Below are positions 1 to 11,698 of a stretch of 64,000 nt of DNA, one piece after another. The stretch's first letter is position 1. Every line of letters starts with the position of its first letter. Location: the NCBI GenBank assembly GCA_963755715.1, contig CAVWLW010000052.1, positions 1 through 64,000 of the forward strand, written 5' to 3'. The DNA comes from an uncultured delta proteobacterium. GTDB taxonomy: Bacteria > Desulfobacterota > Binatia > UBA9968. Position numbers and translations under genes: made by a program. Under the pieces are notes generated by a model. That model saw only the letters and a program-made list of their open reading frames with translations, did no database searches and had not been told where the DNA came from.

Positions 1-1125
1 CCGCTGAGTATTCCTCCGCTCGGGTTGGTGCCAATAGCGAGCGTGATTGAGGCTGAAGAGGAAGTAATCGTGTTCCCTAAGCTATCTTGGACGACAACGG
101 TAGGAGGCCCTGACAATGCGACTCCCGCGCCCGCGTTGCCGGGCTGCACCGAAAAAGCGAGTTTGTTTGCCGCTCCCGCGCTGACATTGAATGCACTACT
201 CGTTGCCCCGGTCAGGCCTGTGGCTGAAGCGGCCAGTGTATAGCCGGTTCCCGATTTTTCGACGGAAAGATCGTTGAAGTTAGCAACTCCTGAAACTGCA
301 TTCTTCGTAGTTGTGCCGCTGAGGGTGCCGCTTCCAGGATTCGTTCCAATTGCCACCGTGATCGACGCGGTGGACGAAGTCACTGTATTTCCAAAACTAT
401 CTTGGACTGTAACGGTAGGCGGACCCGCAATCGTATTCCCGGCCGTCGAATTTCCGGGTGCGGTTGTGTAGGCGAGCTTCGCTGCTGCGCCTGCAGCGAT
501 GTTGAAACCGCCACTCGTTGCACCAGTGAGCCCGATCGCTGATGCGGTCAACGTATAACCGGCTCCCGACTTGCTAACCGAGAGATTACTGAAGCTCGCC
601 ACACCAGACGTGGCGTTCATCGTGAGGGTGCCGCTTAACGATCCGCCACCTGGATTAGTTCCAATCGCGATGGTGATTGACGCCGATGACGACGTGACCG
701 TGTTACCAAAGTTGTCCTGCACCGTAACGGTAGGCGGACCAGCAATTGCGCTGCCTGCATTGGCGCTCGCGGGTTGGGTCGTGAAAGCGACCTTGGTCGC
801 TGCCGCTGCGCTAATATTAAATGCGCTACTCGTCGCGCTGGTGAGCCCGGTCGCAGATGCAGTGAGCGTGTAACCGGTCCCGGCCTTATTGATTGATAGA
901 TCACTAAAGCTCGCAACCCCTCCCGAAGCGTTTTTCGAAGTCGTCCCACTTAGAACTCCTCCACCGGGGTTTGTGCCGATCGCCACCGTAATCGATGCCG
1001 ACGACGATGTGACCGTATTGCCAAGGCTGTCTTGAACTACGACGGTTGGCGGACCGGAAAGAACACTACCGGCTGTGCTACTTCCCGACGGTGTCAAAAA
1101 CGCAACCTTGTTTGCCGCGCCTGGA
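1..1125 (-). repeat. Intragenic degenerate tandem repeat, 315-nt period (about 3.5 copies in the window)
   Basis: The GGTAGG/GGTTGG anchor recurs at 99, 414, 729 and 1044, exactly 315 nt apart. Confidence 0.9.
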
Positions 1126-2183
1126 TTGACTGCAAACGATGCACTGTCGCCGGGACTAAGATTGTCCCCGCTCGTGCGTGTAGCGGTTATCACGACTGCG
1201 CTTTCCGCTTTTGTATAGGTAACTCCGGTGATTGTTGTTTGGTTCGATCCCGCCGCGATTGTTCCGGATAGCGTGCCCCCCAAGGTCCCGGTCCCTGTTT
1301 TCCGAGAAAGACTGACACCCGTCGCCACAGTGACGTTGGTGGGAATTCCACTAGCGTTTTGAGACTGGACCACGACGGAAAATGCAGTTCCCGCTATCGG
1401 ATTGCTTCCACCATTGACAGAGGTAATCACTAGCTTAGTAGCTGTCGCTGGCGTAGCTTTGTAGGTCACAATAGCAGCGGCCCATTTGGTCGAAGTACCC
1501 AGAGTGCCGCTGGCGCTATAGCCGCCAGTGGTGGTAACCAACCGATACTCTGGGTTAATGGTGATGTTTGAGGCTGCCGAGCCTTGATTTGTTCCTGTTC
1601 GACCGATTGAGGTGTAACTGCTCCCTACGGTAAAACTCTCATTCGACTTTCCCTCGACGCCGATTGTTCCTAGAACCAGTTCCGAACCTTGGGTAGTTGT
1701 CGGCGTAGAACCTGACGATGCTGCAGTACTATTTCCCGTTCCAGAGCTTGTTTGGTCTCTCGTTGCGCTGGTTGCGAGACCGGAAAACTCGTTTGCGCTC
1801 ATCGCTCTAGCGCCAGCGCTCGGATGAGTGCAGGTGATCGTATTGCCGTTAGTGAGAGCGACAATGTTGTGCGCCGAAAAAATGACGGCCCGAATGCCGC
1901 TCTTTCCCGAACCGTTCGTAATATCCTTATCCACCGCGTAGCTATTTCCATGACTATCGCTGCAGGAGACTGAACCGGATGCGGGATCGAAGCCAAGAGA
2001 AACAATTACACTGTTTCCACCGGCAACACCTGCGGCTGGAACAGTGACTGTTAAGCTCGTGCCGTTGCTCGTTGATGGTGTCGTCCCGATCGTCTTAACG
2101 AAAGCAATCTGAGCAAGGGCTTGGGAGCTTGACAAGGCGAGCAGCACGGCAATTGCTATCAAACAGCGGCGATGTAGATTCAT
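1..2183 (-). CDS. Large secreted Ser/Thr/Gly-rich surface protein with tandem 105-aa Ig-like repeats (runs off the window start)
   Basis: Absent from the ORF track because its stop lies outside the window. Read manually: ATG at 2183, signal peptide MNLHRRCLIAIAVLLALSSSQALA, beta-rich domain, then repeats such as GPPTVxVQDSxGNTVTSS and KxGTGYTLxAS. Start and window-edge codons are in the same frame. Confidence 0.85.
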   Translation of the reverse strand, partial: MNLHRRCLIAIAVLLALSSSQALAQIAFVKTIGTTPSTSNGTSLTVTVPAAGVAGGNSVIVSLGFDPASGSVSCSDSHGNSYAVDKDITNGSGKSGIRAVIFSAHNIVALTNGNTITCTHPSAGARAMSANEFSGLATSATRDQTSSGTGNSTAASSGSTPTTTQGSELVLGTIGVEGKSNESFTVGSSYTSIGRTGTNQGSAASNITINPEYRLVTTTGGYSASGTLGTSTKWAAAIVTYKATPATATKLVITSVNGGSNPIAGTAFSVVVQSQNASGIPTNVTVATGVSLSRKTGTGTLGGTLSGTIAAGSNQTTITGVTYTKAESAVVITATRTSGDNLSPGDSASFAVNPGAANKVAFLTPSGSSTAGSVLSGPPTVVVQDSLGNTVTSSSASITVAIGTNPGGGVLSGTTSKNASGGVASFSDLSINKAGTGYTLTASATGLTSATSSAFNISAAAATKVAFTTQPASANAGSAIAGPPTVTVQDNFGNTVTSSSASITIAIGTNPGGGSLSGTLTMNATSGVASFSNLSVSKSGAGYTLTASAIGLTGATSGGFNIAAGAAAKLAYTTAPGNSTAGNTIAGPPTVTVQDSFGNTVTSSTASITVAIGTNPGSGTLSGTTTKNAVSGVANFNDLSVEKSGTGYTLAASATGLTGATSSAFNVSAGAANKLAFSVQPGNAGAGVALSGPPTVVVQDSLGNTITSSSASITLAIGTNPSGGILS

Positions 2184-2443
2184 ATTGAATTTCTCTCTAA
2201 AGGGATTTTCACTTCTTGATTTGCGTTAGTCTCTGGCTGTCATTTTTTATTTGCAAACCCATTTTCTTTAACCTGGCAAACGAGTCGCGAAGCTGAAACA
2301 AAATCGACCGCACGATGGACGAAAAATAGAAACTCCCTTGCCTAACTGAGAAACAAAACTTGCCGAGAAAGTTGCTGATCCATATTGGGCGAGGTTCTTA
2401 CTCTTCCTTTGCAAGTGCTGTCCACCACAATTTTTGCATGGGT

Positions 2444-2462
2444 TCATGCATTTTCTGCATGA
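2444..2462. promoter_or_regulatory. Palindromic LysR-type operator candidate
   Basis: TCATGCA-TTTTC-TGCATGA contains ATGC-N7-GCAT (T-N11-A) and lies between the divergent surface-protein and LysR genes. Confidence 0.55.
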
Positions 2463-2588
2463 GTCCATTCAGAACCGTTGGCGCCCTACCTAGGAGAATT
2501 GCACTGGCGAGACAGGATTTGCGCAGAAGGCGAGCTTAACCCAAAAAATAACGCGGGCGGCTGTTTAAACCACAAGACTGCAATCTTG

Positions 2589-2608
2589 GTTTACACCTTT
2601 GTGTAAAC
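2589..2608. promoter_or_regulatory. Perfect 8-bp inverted repeat, possible operator
   Basis: GTTTACAC-CTTT-GTGTAAAC in the same divergent intergenic region. Confidence 0.4.
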
Positions 2609-2794
2609 AGAAGTTACAGATTCTTAATCGATGTTCGACAACCGAAATCCTCCTTGCTTCGTAACTTGCAATAATTTCAAAACTCTCGAAAAAGTGATTG
2701 TAGCTTTACCAATAGCTATGGTAATGGCTCTGTCGAACATCGGACGCGGTTTAGCCAATACAACTAGCGCTCTACACCACGGAGGAAACGCGCC

Positions 2795-3827
2795 ATGACG
2801 ATCGATGCGATTCGGCTATTCATTTTGACGGCCAAGCATCTCAACATCACAAAAGCCGCGCGAGAGTTTCGCACCACCCAATCCACGGCCTCCCGGCGAT
2901 TGACGCAGTTTCAAACAGACCTAGGCATGAAATTGTTAAAGAACAATGGACGGGGAATAGAGTTGACCAGATCGGGCCGGACTTATTTAAATGAAGTCTT
3001 ACCGATCTTCTCGCAGTTCCAGGCATTGCAGGAAAAATACACGCCGAGTCAAGAATCGTCACTATCGCTGCCAGCTATCGAGCGTCAAAGTACCTTTTGC
3101 CAGTGCTGATGACGGAGTTTAGTAAAAAGCATCCTTCGGCTAATCTGACATTACGGACTCGCAGCAGCCGCGAAATAGAAAAACTGCTCTTAGAGTCGAA
3201 AGTTGATCTTGCCATCACTACGAACCCAACAGTGGGCGCTGGTGTCATTTTTTACGGAGCCTTATTGTAAAGAACGGTTAACGGCCTTCGTCGCGGCGAA
3301 TCACCCACTAGCGCAAATGAAATCGATGCGAGCGTCGAATATCGGTACAATTCCTATCATCATCAAGTTTCGGCGCGAGGGTCAAAGCAGGGTTGAACGG
3401 ACAATTTAGCGGCTTTGGGAAAGAAGGAATAAAATTCAAAGTCGTAATGCGTTGCGAATCGCCGGAAGCGGTAAAGGAACTTGTTCGGCACGGGGCTGGT
3501 ATAGGATTCTTGTATTACAATTCAATCAAGCGGGGAATTGAGCGTGGGCGATTTAAAGCTATCGAAATTCCAGGGCTCGATCTCACAGGGCAAAGTTATA
3601 TTGTCTACTCCAAGGAGAAGCCGCTCTCTCGGCTGGCGGGAGAGTTTCTATCTTTTCTCCGTACCTCGTTGACGAAAAACGCACCCATCAAACCCACGGC
3701 GTCTCGGACGCCGATTCCCGCCGCTCCCGTGAACAGCCGTGTGGGCGATTACATGCGCCGATCGAGCCTTCTATCCTGGCTCAGTTCTATTTTGTCGTTC
3801 GAATTGATCACTTGTGCGTTGGTGTAG
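2795..3827 (+). CDS. LysR-family transcriptional regulator (frameshifted in this assembly)
   Basis: N-terminal HTH (LNITKAAREFRTTQSTASRRL...NGRGIELTRSG). The substrate-binding part (EFSKKHPSANLTL...VDLAIT; ESPEAVKELVRHGAGIGFL) is split over several frames. RBS GGAGG. Confidence 0.85.
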
Positions 3828-4118
3828 TAGCCTACCGCGACTCCGAGTGCCGGTGCTGATATTGCTCGTGCGTTGGCTGACGCTGTAACTACATCCCTCC
3901 AACCCAGACTTCGATACTGAAGCGTTCCAGCGATGCGCGAGGCTTCGGTGTTTCCTGCGCGGCAAGAAGTCTGCGCTGGTGCGGTCGGATTCTCAGCATT
4001 CTCAATGCAGACGTGTTAAAGTCGCTGCCATATGCGAAACCGGGTGATTGCACAGAGAACGATTCAGTTTGCAGCGTGCCTCGACCATCCTTTGTTGATT
4101 CAGCGTTAAGTGGAAAAC

Positions 4119-4781
4119 ATGCCCAGCCCACTCGATATTCTCGTCACCGGCGGGACCGGTTACATCGGCCGGAATTTGATTCCTTCGCTGCTGGCGCGCG
4201 GTCATCGGGTGCGGGTGCTTGCGCGGGAAGAATCCGTCAAGCACGTGCCGGCGGGTGCGACAGCGGTGATCGGGGATGCGCTCAATGACGATTCGGTTGC
4301 GGCGGCGTTGCGCAGTGGCGATACGCTGATTCACCTCGTCGGCACGCCGCATCCGACGCCCAGCAAGGCCGATCAATTCGAAAAAGTCGATCTGGTGTCG
4401 ATTCGCGCCAGCGTGCGCGCGGCGCGGCGGGTGAAACTGGCCCAGCTGGTTTATGTCAGCGTCGCTCAGCCAGCGCCGATCATGCAAGCCTACCTTTGGG
4501 TGCGCGCGCTCGGTGAGTCGATGATTCGTGAAGCCGAGCTGACCGCGACGATCGTGCGGCCTTGGTATGTGCTCGGTCCGGGCCGCCGCTGGCCCAAGAT
4601 GATCCTGCCGCTTTACAAACTCGCGGAAGCCTTTCCGGCGATGCGCCCAACGGCCGAGCGCTTGGGCTTGGTGACCATCGAGCAATTTGTCAAGGCGATG
4701 GTCGGCGCGGCGGAGAATCCGCCGGCGTCCGGTCGACAACGGATCGTCGACGTCCCGGCGATCAAAAGCGCCCGCCTGTGA
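4119..4781 (+). CDS. NAD(P)-binding atypical SDR / NAD-dependent epimerase family protein
   Basis: ILVTGGTGYIG Rossmann motif; TIVRPWYVLGPG. Confidence 0.85.
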   Translation: MPSPLDILVTGGTGYIGRNLIPSLLARGHRVRVLAREESVKHVPAGATAVIGDALNDDSVAAALRSGDTLIHLVGTPHPTPSKADQFEKVDLVSIRASVRAARRVKLAQLVYVSVAQPAPIMQAYLWVRALGESMIREAELTATIVRPWYVLGPGRRWPKMILPLYKLAEAFPAMRPTAERLGLVTIEQFVKAMVGAAENPPASGRQRIVDVPAIKSARL

Positions 4782-5098
4782 GCGTTACCGTAAAAAATAT
4801 TTTCACGCCGGTGTCGCTCGCTGCCGCCGGAGAAGAGTTTCTCACGCTTTTTGAAAATCCATCCGTCAAGATCGAGCGGATCGTTTCACATTCGCACAGC
4901 AGTCCGGAAAATTACTGGTACGATCAAGCGGATGACGAATGGGTCGTGGTGTTGCGCGGCACGGCGATCTTGGAATTTGCCGACGGCGAGCTGGTCACGA
5001 TGAACGTAGGCGACTCGGTGACGATTGGGCGTCATGTGCGTCATCGAGTCGCGAAAACCAGCGCCGAAACCATCTGGCTCGCCGTGCATGTGCAATGA
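4778..5098 (+). CDS. Cupin domain protein
   Basis: GTG overlaps the upstream stop; KIERIVSHSHSSP..WYDQADDEWVVVLRG...HVRHRVA. Confidence 0.85.
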   Translation: MSVTVKNIFTPVSLAAAGEEFLTLFENPSVKIERIVSHSHSSPENYWYDQADDEWVVVLRGTAILEFADGELVTMNVGDSVTIGRHVRHRVAKTSAETIWLAVHVQ

Positions 5099-5197
5099 AG
5101 AAAAATGCTGTTCAAGAGTCAACGTTCAAAGTCTGTCCTAGAACGAAGCTCAGGATCGCGAGGCGCGCACATTGAACCTGGGAACCTTGAACGGAAA

Positions 5198-6454
5198 TCA
5201 GACAATTTTTGGCCGCGCCCACGGTTTGGCGAGCAGGCTGTAGAAAACTCCCGAGAGAAAAAACATCGCCACCACTGCCCAGAGCATCGGTTCGTAGGTT
5301 TGCCAGCGGTCCCAGATCGCGCCCGCAAGCACCGGGCCGATAACGCTGCCCCAGACATAAAACACGCTCATGTAACCGCGAATCTTGGCAAAGTGCGTGC
5401 GGCCGAAAATATCGCCGACCATCGCCCAGGCGACCGGGTAAGTCGCCTCCACCGTGGTAAAGAGCAGGATAAAAAACCACAGATGACCGATGGAGCTGCC
5501 GAAGAGCGGGAACAAAATCGAAACGCTGGCGGTGAAAAGGATGCAAGAAACCAGGCGCGGCTTGTTCATCGAATCGGCGAGCCAGCCGAACAGGAGCGTC
5601 GAAACAAAGCCAAAAAAGGCGAAACCGCTGAGCAAGAGCGCCGCTTGCTGCTGGCTCATGCCTTTCCAGATCATTAACGGCATGAAGTGAGTCGAGATCG
5701 CATGATAGGAGGCGTTGCGCACGGCGGCGCCAAAAACGAGCGCCCAAAAGGCCAAAGAGCGGATCGCTTGGGCGGCGCTCACGTTGGTTTCGTTCACGAT
5801 CGCTGCTGCGCCACCGTCTGTTATTTTCGTATCCGCGGCGCTGGCGCCGTCGGGCAGCAGTCCCATGCTTTCCGGTGATCGCCGGATCATCAAACAAAGC
5901 GGCAAACCGAACACGATAAACGTGATACCGGCGGCGGCGGCGCCCCAGCGCCAACCCCAGGAGTGCACGACCAGGCTGAGCACGGGCGCGATCAGCATGC
6001 CGCCGACGCCGTAAGCGGCGCTGTTGATGGTCATGGCGCGGGCGCGCAGGCGGATAAACCAAGTGTTTGTCAACGTCATCGGCGCGTGCATGAAGCCGCC
6101 GGCGTGAGTAAGCGAAATCAATCCGGTGTAAATCAATAGAAAGGCGACGTAGCTTTCGATCTGCGAGAGCAACAAGTAGCCGATCCCCATGGTGACCACC
6201 GCCGCTATCATGATCGGGCGCGGGCCGTAGCGATCGAGCAAGTGGCCGACGATCGGCCCTTCGATGGCGCCCTCGGCGCGTGAAAGCGAGAAGGCAAACG
6301 AAGTCGCGGTGCGGCTAAGATTCAATTCCTGGCTGAGCGGCAAGAAAAAGACCGTGAAGCCGTAGCTGTGCAAGCCCGCTCCGAGCACGCGGACCGCCGC
6401 CGATGCCGCGACCATGCGCCAGCCATAAAAAAGTCCGGTGAGGTGGTGGATCAT
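5198..6454 (-). CDS. MFS transporter
   Basis: About 12 hydrophobic segments; motif A GHLLDRYGPR. Confidence 0.9.
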   Translation of the reverse strand: MIHHLTGLFYGWRMVAASAAVRVLGAGLHSYGFTVFFLPLSQELNLSRTATSFAFSLSRAEGAIEGPIVGHLLDRYGPRPIMIAAVVTMGIGYLLLSQIESYVAFLLIYTGLISLTHAGGFMHAPMTLTNTWFIRLRARAMTINSAAYGVGGMLIAPVLSLVVHSWGWRWGAAAAGITFIVFGLPLCLMIRRSPESMGLLPDGASAADTKITDGGAAAIVNETNVSAAQAIRSLAFWALVFGAAVRNASYHAISTHFMPLMIWKGMSQQQAALLLSGFAFFGFVSTLLFGWLADSMNKPRLVSCILFTASVSILFPLFGSSIGHLWFFILLFTTVEATYPVAWAMVGDIFGRTHFAKIRGYMSVFYVWGSVIGPVLAGAIWDRWQTYEPMLWAVVAMFFLSGVFYSLLAKPWARPKIV

Positions 6455-6642
6455 GGAGTGAAATCGTCGATGAGCGAGTTCTCAGAATTGGCTAAGCTCG
6501 GCGCGGCGGCGCCAGCGTGTTTCCATGAGTTTCACAACAGGTGCGCTCGGCGGACGAACGGTCGAAGAAAAGCGCTCGGCAACTTTAGCGCGCCGACCGG
6601 AAGTTCGGACAAAATGGAAACGTTTAGATGCGCCGGCGCGCT

Positions 6643-7722
6643 CTACTCCGACTCGCCGTCGGCCGCCGCTTTTACGCGGCGTTCGCGCGCCGCGTCGGCG
6701 AGCGTGTCGATCAAAGTCCGGCTGTCTTCCCAACCGATGCAGGCGTCGGTAATGCTCTGACCGTAGACCAGAGCCTTTCCCGGGATCAAATCTTGGCGGC
6801 CGGCTTTTAAATGGCTTTCCACCATGATCCCGAAAATTCGCGCGTCTCCGGCGGCGACCTGCGCCGCGACATCGCGGCCCACCGCAACTTGTTTGTTGGG
6901 ATCTTTGTTGCTGTTGTCGTGGCTGCAGTCGATCATGATGCGCGCCGGAATCCCGGCTTCAGCGAGACTCTTCGCGGCGGCGTTGACGTTGGCGGCGTCG
7001 TAATTGGGCTGCTTGCCGCCGCGCAAAATAATGTGACAATCCTCGTTGCCGGCCGTCGACACGATGGCCGAATGGCCGTCCTTGGTGACCGATAAAAAAT
7101 GATGCGGCGCTTGGGCGGCGCGCAGCGCGTCCATGGCGATCCTGACGTTGCCGTCGGTGCCGTTTTTGAAGCCGACGGGACAAGACAGGCCCGAGGCGAG
7201 CTCGCGGTGCACCTGACTCTCGGTCGTGCGCGCGCCGATGGCGCCCCACGAAACCAGATCCGCGATATACTGCGGCGTGATCATGTCGAGAAATTCACAT
7301 CCCGCCGGCATGCCGCCTTCGTTCAGTTCGAGCAGGAGCCGGCGCGCCACGCGCAGGCCGTCGTTGATTTGAAAGCTGCCGTCGAGATTGGGATCGTTGA
7401 TCAAACCTTTCCAGCCAACGGTGGTGCGCGGCTTCTCGAAATAAACGCGCATGACGATCAGCAGATTGGCGGCGCTGCGCAGCTTCGCTTCTTGCAGACG
7501 CGCGGCATATTCCTTGGCGGCCTTCGTGTCGTGAATCGAACAGGGGCCGGTGATCACCAACACGCGGTCGTCGGCGCCGTGCAGGATGCGGTGAATTGCC
7601 TGGCGGGTTTCGTAAACTGTCTCGGCTGCTTTGTCCGTGATCGGAAAATCCGCCAACAGCCGCGCCGGCGGAAGGAGCTCCTTGATTTCTTTGATCCTGA
7701 GATCGTCGGTTTGGTACTTCAT
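6643..7722 (-). CDS. aroG: 3-deoxy-7-phosphoheptulonate (DAHP) synthase, class I alpha
   Basis: GPCSIHD, RVYFEKPRTTVGWKG, AIGARTTESQ, GFKNGTDG, YGQSITDAC. Confidence 0.95.
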   Translation of the reverse strand: MKYQTDDLRIKEIKELLPPARLLADFPITDKAAETVYETRQAIHRILHGADDRVLVITGPCSIHDTKAAKEYAARLQEAKLRSAANLLIVMRVYFEKPRTTVGWKGLINDPNLDGSFQINDGLRVARRLLLELNEGGMPAGCEFLDMITPQYIADLVSWGAIGARTTESQVHRELASGLSCPVGFKNGTDGNVRIAMDALRAAQAPHHFLSVTKDGHSAIVSTAGNEDCHIILRGGKQPNYDAANVNAAAKSLAEAGIPARIMIDCSHDNSNKDPNKQVAVGRDVAAQVAAGDARIFGIMVESHLKAGRQDLIPGKALVYGQSITDACIGWEDSRTLIDTLADAARERRVKAAADGESE

Positions 7723-7864
7723 GACGCCAGACTCGCTTGAATCCGCTTATTATAGACAAAATCCGCGTGAAATCTATCGACGGCGATTGCCGAATTCGAC
7801 ACAGACGGGCGGTCCCATAGGATCGCCGCGGCAATTTTGCGAACGATTGACCTTATTCCATTGC

Positions 7865-9094
7865 CTAGCGCTGCAAAGTTTCGCGTGCCAGCAGCCCGAG
7901 TAAAATCGCCGATAAAACCAAGAGCGGCGCGTAGGCTAAAAAAGGCACGCCGGGGTTGAATCTGTCGGCGAGATAACCGCCCAGCAACGGCGCCGCGACG
8001 CCGCCGATTTCGGCGAGAGTGCGCCGCGCCGCTTGCAGGCGCCCGCGCGCGCTCGGCGGCACCACGTCGTAGGTCGAGGTGGCCAAAGAGCCGAGCGAGA
8101 GGCCGTTGGCGATCCCTAGAAAAGAAATCAGCACGGCGAGCTGAAAAAAATTGTTCGCGAAGGGAATCAGCAGAAACGCCACCGCGGGGATGCCCGTGCT
8201 CGGCACCGTGGCCCATTTTCTGCCGACCTTATCGATGACAAAGCCCGCGGGGAGGATCATGGCGAAAACCGAAAACCCCGAGATCGTAAACAGCATGCCG
8301 ATTTCTTTCGGCGACAATCCCATTTTCGCCGTGGCGAGCAGCGGCAGCATGCTTTGAGTCGTGACCCGGTGCATGAAGCTCGTGAAAGTAGCTAGGACCA
8401 GCACGATATAGGTGGTGCGCAGGTCCGGGGAAATTTGCTCGAAGAGATCTTTCAGGCCGCGCAGCCTTTGGCCGAGCGCGGCGAAGCCCCAATCGGCAAC
8501 CCCGGCGCTTGGAGCCGGCGGCGGCGTAGGCGCCGCGCCGACGGCAAGACCTAAAAAAACCGATGTGACGGCGCATGCGGCGTAACCGAAGAACACCGCG
8601 CGAAAGCCGACGGCTTCGGTCAGCAGCCCGCCGAAGAGCGGGCCCAGCGCGAGGCCGAGATTATTGATGCCGTGAAAGCCGCTCAAGACGCGGCCGCGTT
8701 GATCTTGACGCGTCAAGTCGATGCCAGCGACTTCGCGCGCGATGACCCAGATACTCTCGCCGACGCCGATCAAAAACAGCAATGCCAAGATCAAGCTAAA
8801 CCACGGCGTGATACCGGCGAGGAGCGCGGCACCGCACGCGAGCGCCGGTCCCGCGGTCAAGGCGGCGCGGGTGCCCAAGCGATCGAGCACGACGCCACTC
8901 AGCGGCATGCCGGCAAAGCGGCCGAGCGCCAGGGCGGTAATGGTTTGCGCAGCGGTGCCCGGGCTCACGGCGAAAGCCGTTGCCATCACCGGGACGGCGG
9001 GCACCATCATCGACCACATGCCAGCGAGCAGTGCGCTCGCGTACAGCGTGATCAAACCGCGCGCCGTAGCGTTGAAAGTAAACGGTAAAAGCAT
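7865..9094 (-). CDS. MFS transporter
   Basis: Hydrophobic, with GVVLDRLGTR and GFVIDKVGRK motifs. Confidence 0.9.
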   Translation of the reverse strand: MLLPFTFNATARGLITLYASALLAGMWSMMVPAVPVMATAFAVSPGTAAQTITALALGRFAGMPLSGVVLDRLGTRAALTAGPALACGAALLAGITPWFSLILALLFLIGVGESIWVIAREVAGIDLTRQDQRGRVLSGFHGINNLGLALGPLFGGLLTEAVGFRAVFFGYAACAVTSVFLGLAVGAAPTPPPAPSAGVADWGFAALGQRLRGLKDLFEQISPDLRTTYIVLVLATFTSFMHRVTTQSMLPLLATAKMGLSPKEIGMLFTISGFSVFAMILPAGFVIDKVGRKWATVPSTGIPAVAFLLIPFANNFFQLAVLISFLGIANGLSLGSLATSTYDVVPPSARGRLQAARRTLAEIGGVAAPLLGGYLADRFNPGVPFLAYAPLLVLSAILLGLLARETLQR

Positions 9095-9299
9095 CGGTGG
9101 ATGGTTAAACGGATTTCTAAAATGTTCGCTCTGTTCTCACGATTTTTTCTCGCCCGCGACGAGCTGGACGCGAAAGCATCGAAATTTTTCCGGACGCGTG
9201 ATAAAGGGTTAGCTCTTACGTGGATCGAACCGGCTGCGCCGAAAAGGCTTCGTTGTTTTACTTGCCATGCATCGCGAACGCGAGCAAGCCGCACAAAAA

Positions 9300-9523
9300 T
9301 CGCTCGCCACGCAGAACCGCATTGCGACGCTCGTGTTGTCGCGCTCGCCGTTTTCAGCGAGCGATCTCGAAGCGTTGGAAAAAGCTGCGGCGACTTGCGA
9401 GTATGAAATCCTGATCACGCCCGTCGCGCGCCGACATCGATCGTGCCATCGCACATCGTCGGCGCCGCCGGTGTGCTCGCGTCAATCGTTGCCCTGGTTC
9501 TCAGCCTTGCACTCGCTGAATAG
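9300..9523 (+). pseudogene. Possible remnant of a spermidine-synthase-like membrane protein
   Basis: RIATLVLSRSPFSASDLEALEKAA and, in another frame, GAAGVLASIVALVLSLA recall internal and C-terminal segments of that family (recognised from memory). Confidence 0.35.
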
Positions 9524-9578
9524 TTCGCGGAAAGACTGTCTGTGGTGTCGCCGCGCGGCTCGCGGGCGCAGATCTCGA

Positions 9579-10974
<1,396 letters not shown>

Positions 10975-11089
10975 ATGCGCCAAGTATCGGATAAATTGAC
11001 GTGGTGTCAACGGTAGAATCGGCCCTGTCAGCAGGAAGACTGCCATAAGGAGCAAGCCACGGGTTAACGATAGGTTGCCATTAGCAATT

Positions 11090-11695
11090 TCATTTCGCGA
11101 TCGCTTCTTGAACGAGGCGTTGGAGGTGTGTACGGCAGCGCTGCAAGCTTTGAGAACTTTCGGCGGCAATCGCTGGTCGCCAAAGTTTAGATTGAACAAA
11201 TTCGATTAACCTTGAAGTATACGCTGGCCCGACGGCTCGTCCGCTACTCGGCCGAGGGACCATGTCCTCACGGATGCTTCGGCGTTGGGATCGAGCAGCC
11301 AGATCGACCATTTTGGCCTTGGGATTCGACTCCAGTTCTGGGTTTGTTGGAACACGTGCCGGTGACACGGAAAGAAACTTGGCTATGGATTCTCGGTCAG
11401 CGAGAAGCCATGATTCGACCGCCCGTATAGCTACGCGAAAGCACAGGTGTGCCGCCTTTACACCGATCCAGTTGCGGCACAACTCGGGGGCACAATCCGC
11501 ATCATGGTCCAGATCCACGAGTACGATCCAGGGGCGAAACTTGGCGGCGTTATTGTAACCACTGATGCTGGCATGCAAATACGATTTCCCTTTCTTGCCA
11601 TAGATATGCCCGGCGCTAGCGCCAGCTTCGCCGATGAGAAACTTGACGACGGCTTCGTCGACCAAACCTTCTACTGCTCCCGAGATAACGACCAC
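11090..11695 (-). CDS. TOPRIM-like protein (DUF4276-like), partner of the adjacent ATPase
   Basis: [16 protein letters not shown] (DxD) and [10 protein letters not shown] motifs; starts 3 nt after the ATPase stop. Confidence 0.65.
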   Translation of the reverse strand: MVVISGAVEGLVDEAVVKFLIGEAGASAGHIYGKKGKSYLHASISGYNNAAKFRPWIVLVDLDHDADCAPELCRNWIGVKAAHLCFRVAIRAVESWLLADRESIAKFLSVSPARVPTNPELESNPKAKMVDLAARSQRRSIREDMVPRPSSGRAVGPAYTSRLIEFVQSKLWRPAIAAESSQSLQRCRTHLQRLVQEAIAK

Positions 11696-11698
11696 CCT

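Noticed and set aside
25-1973. Several + strand ORFs (72, 65, 100 aa and others) that look like a repeated gene family
   Set aside because: They are antisense shadows of the repeat units in the minus-strand surface protein.
2184-2420. c-di-GMP riboswitch upstream of the surface protein
   Set aside because: I could not find the conserved GGCAAA/GAAA/GACGCAAAG elements in the right arrangement; an Rfam scan would settle it.
6623-6652. GCATCTAAA upstream of the MFS gene at 6454
   Set aside because: No -35 match; the site overlaps the end of aroG.
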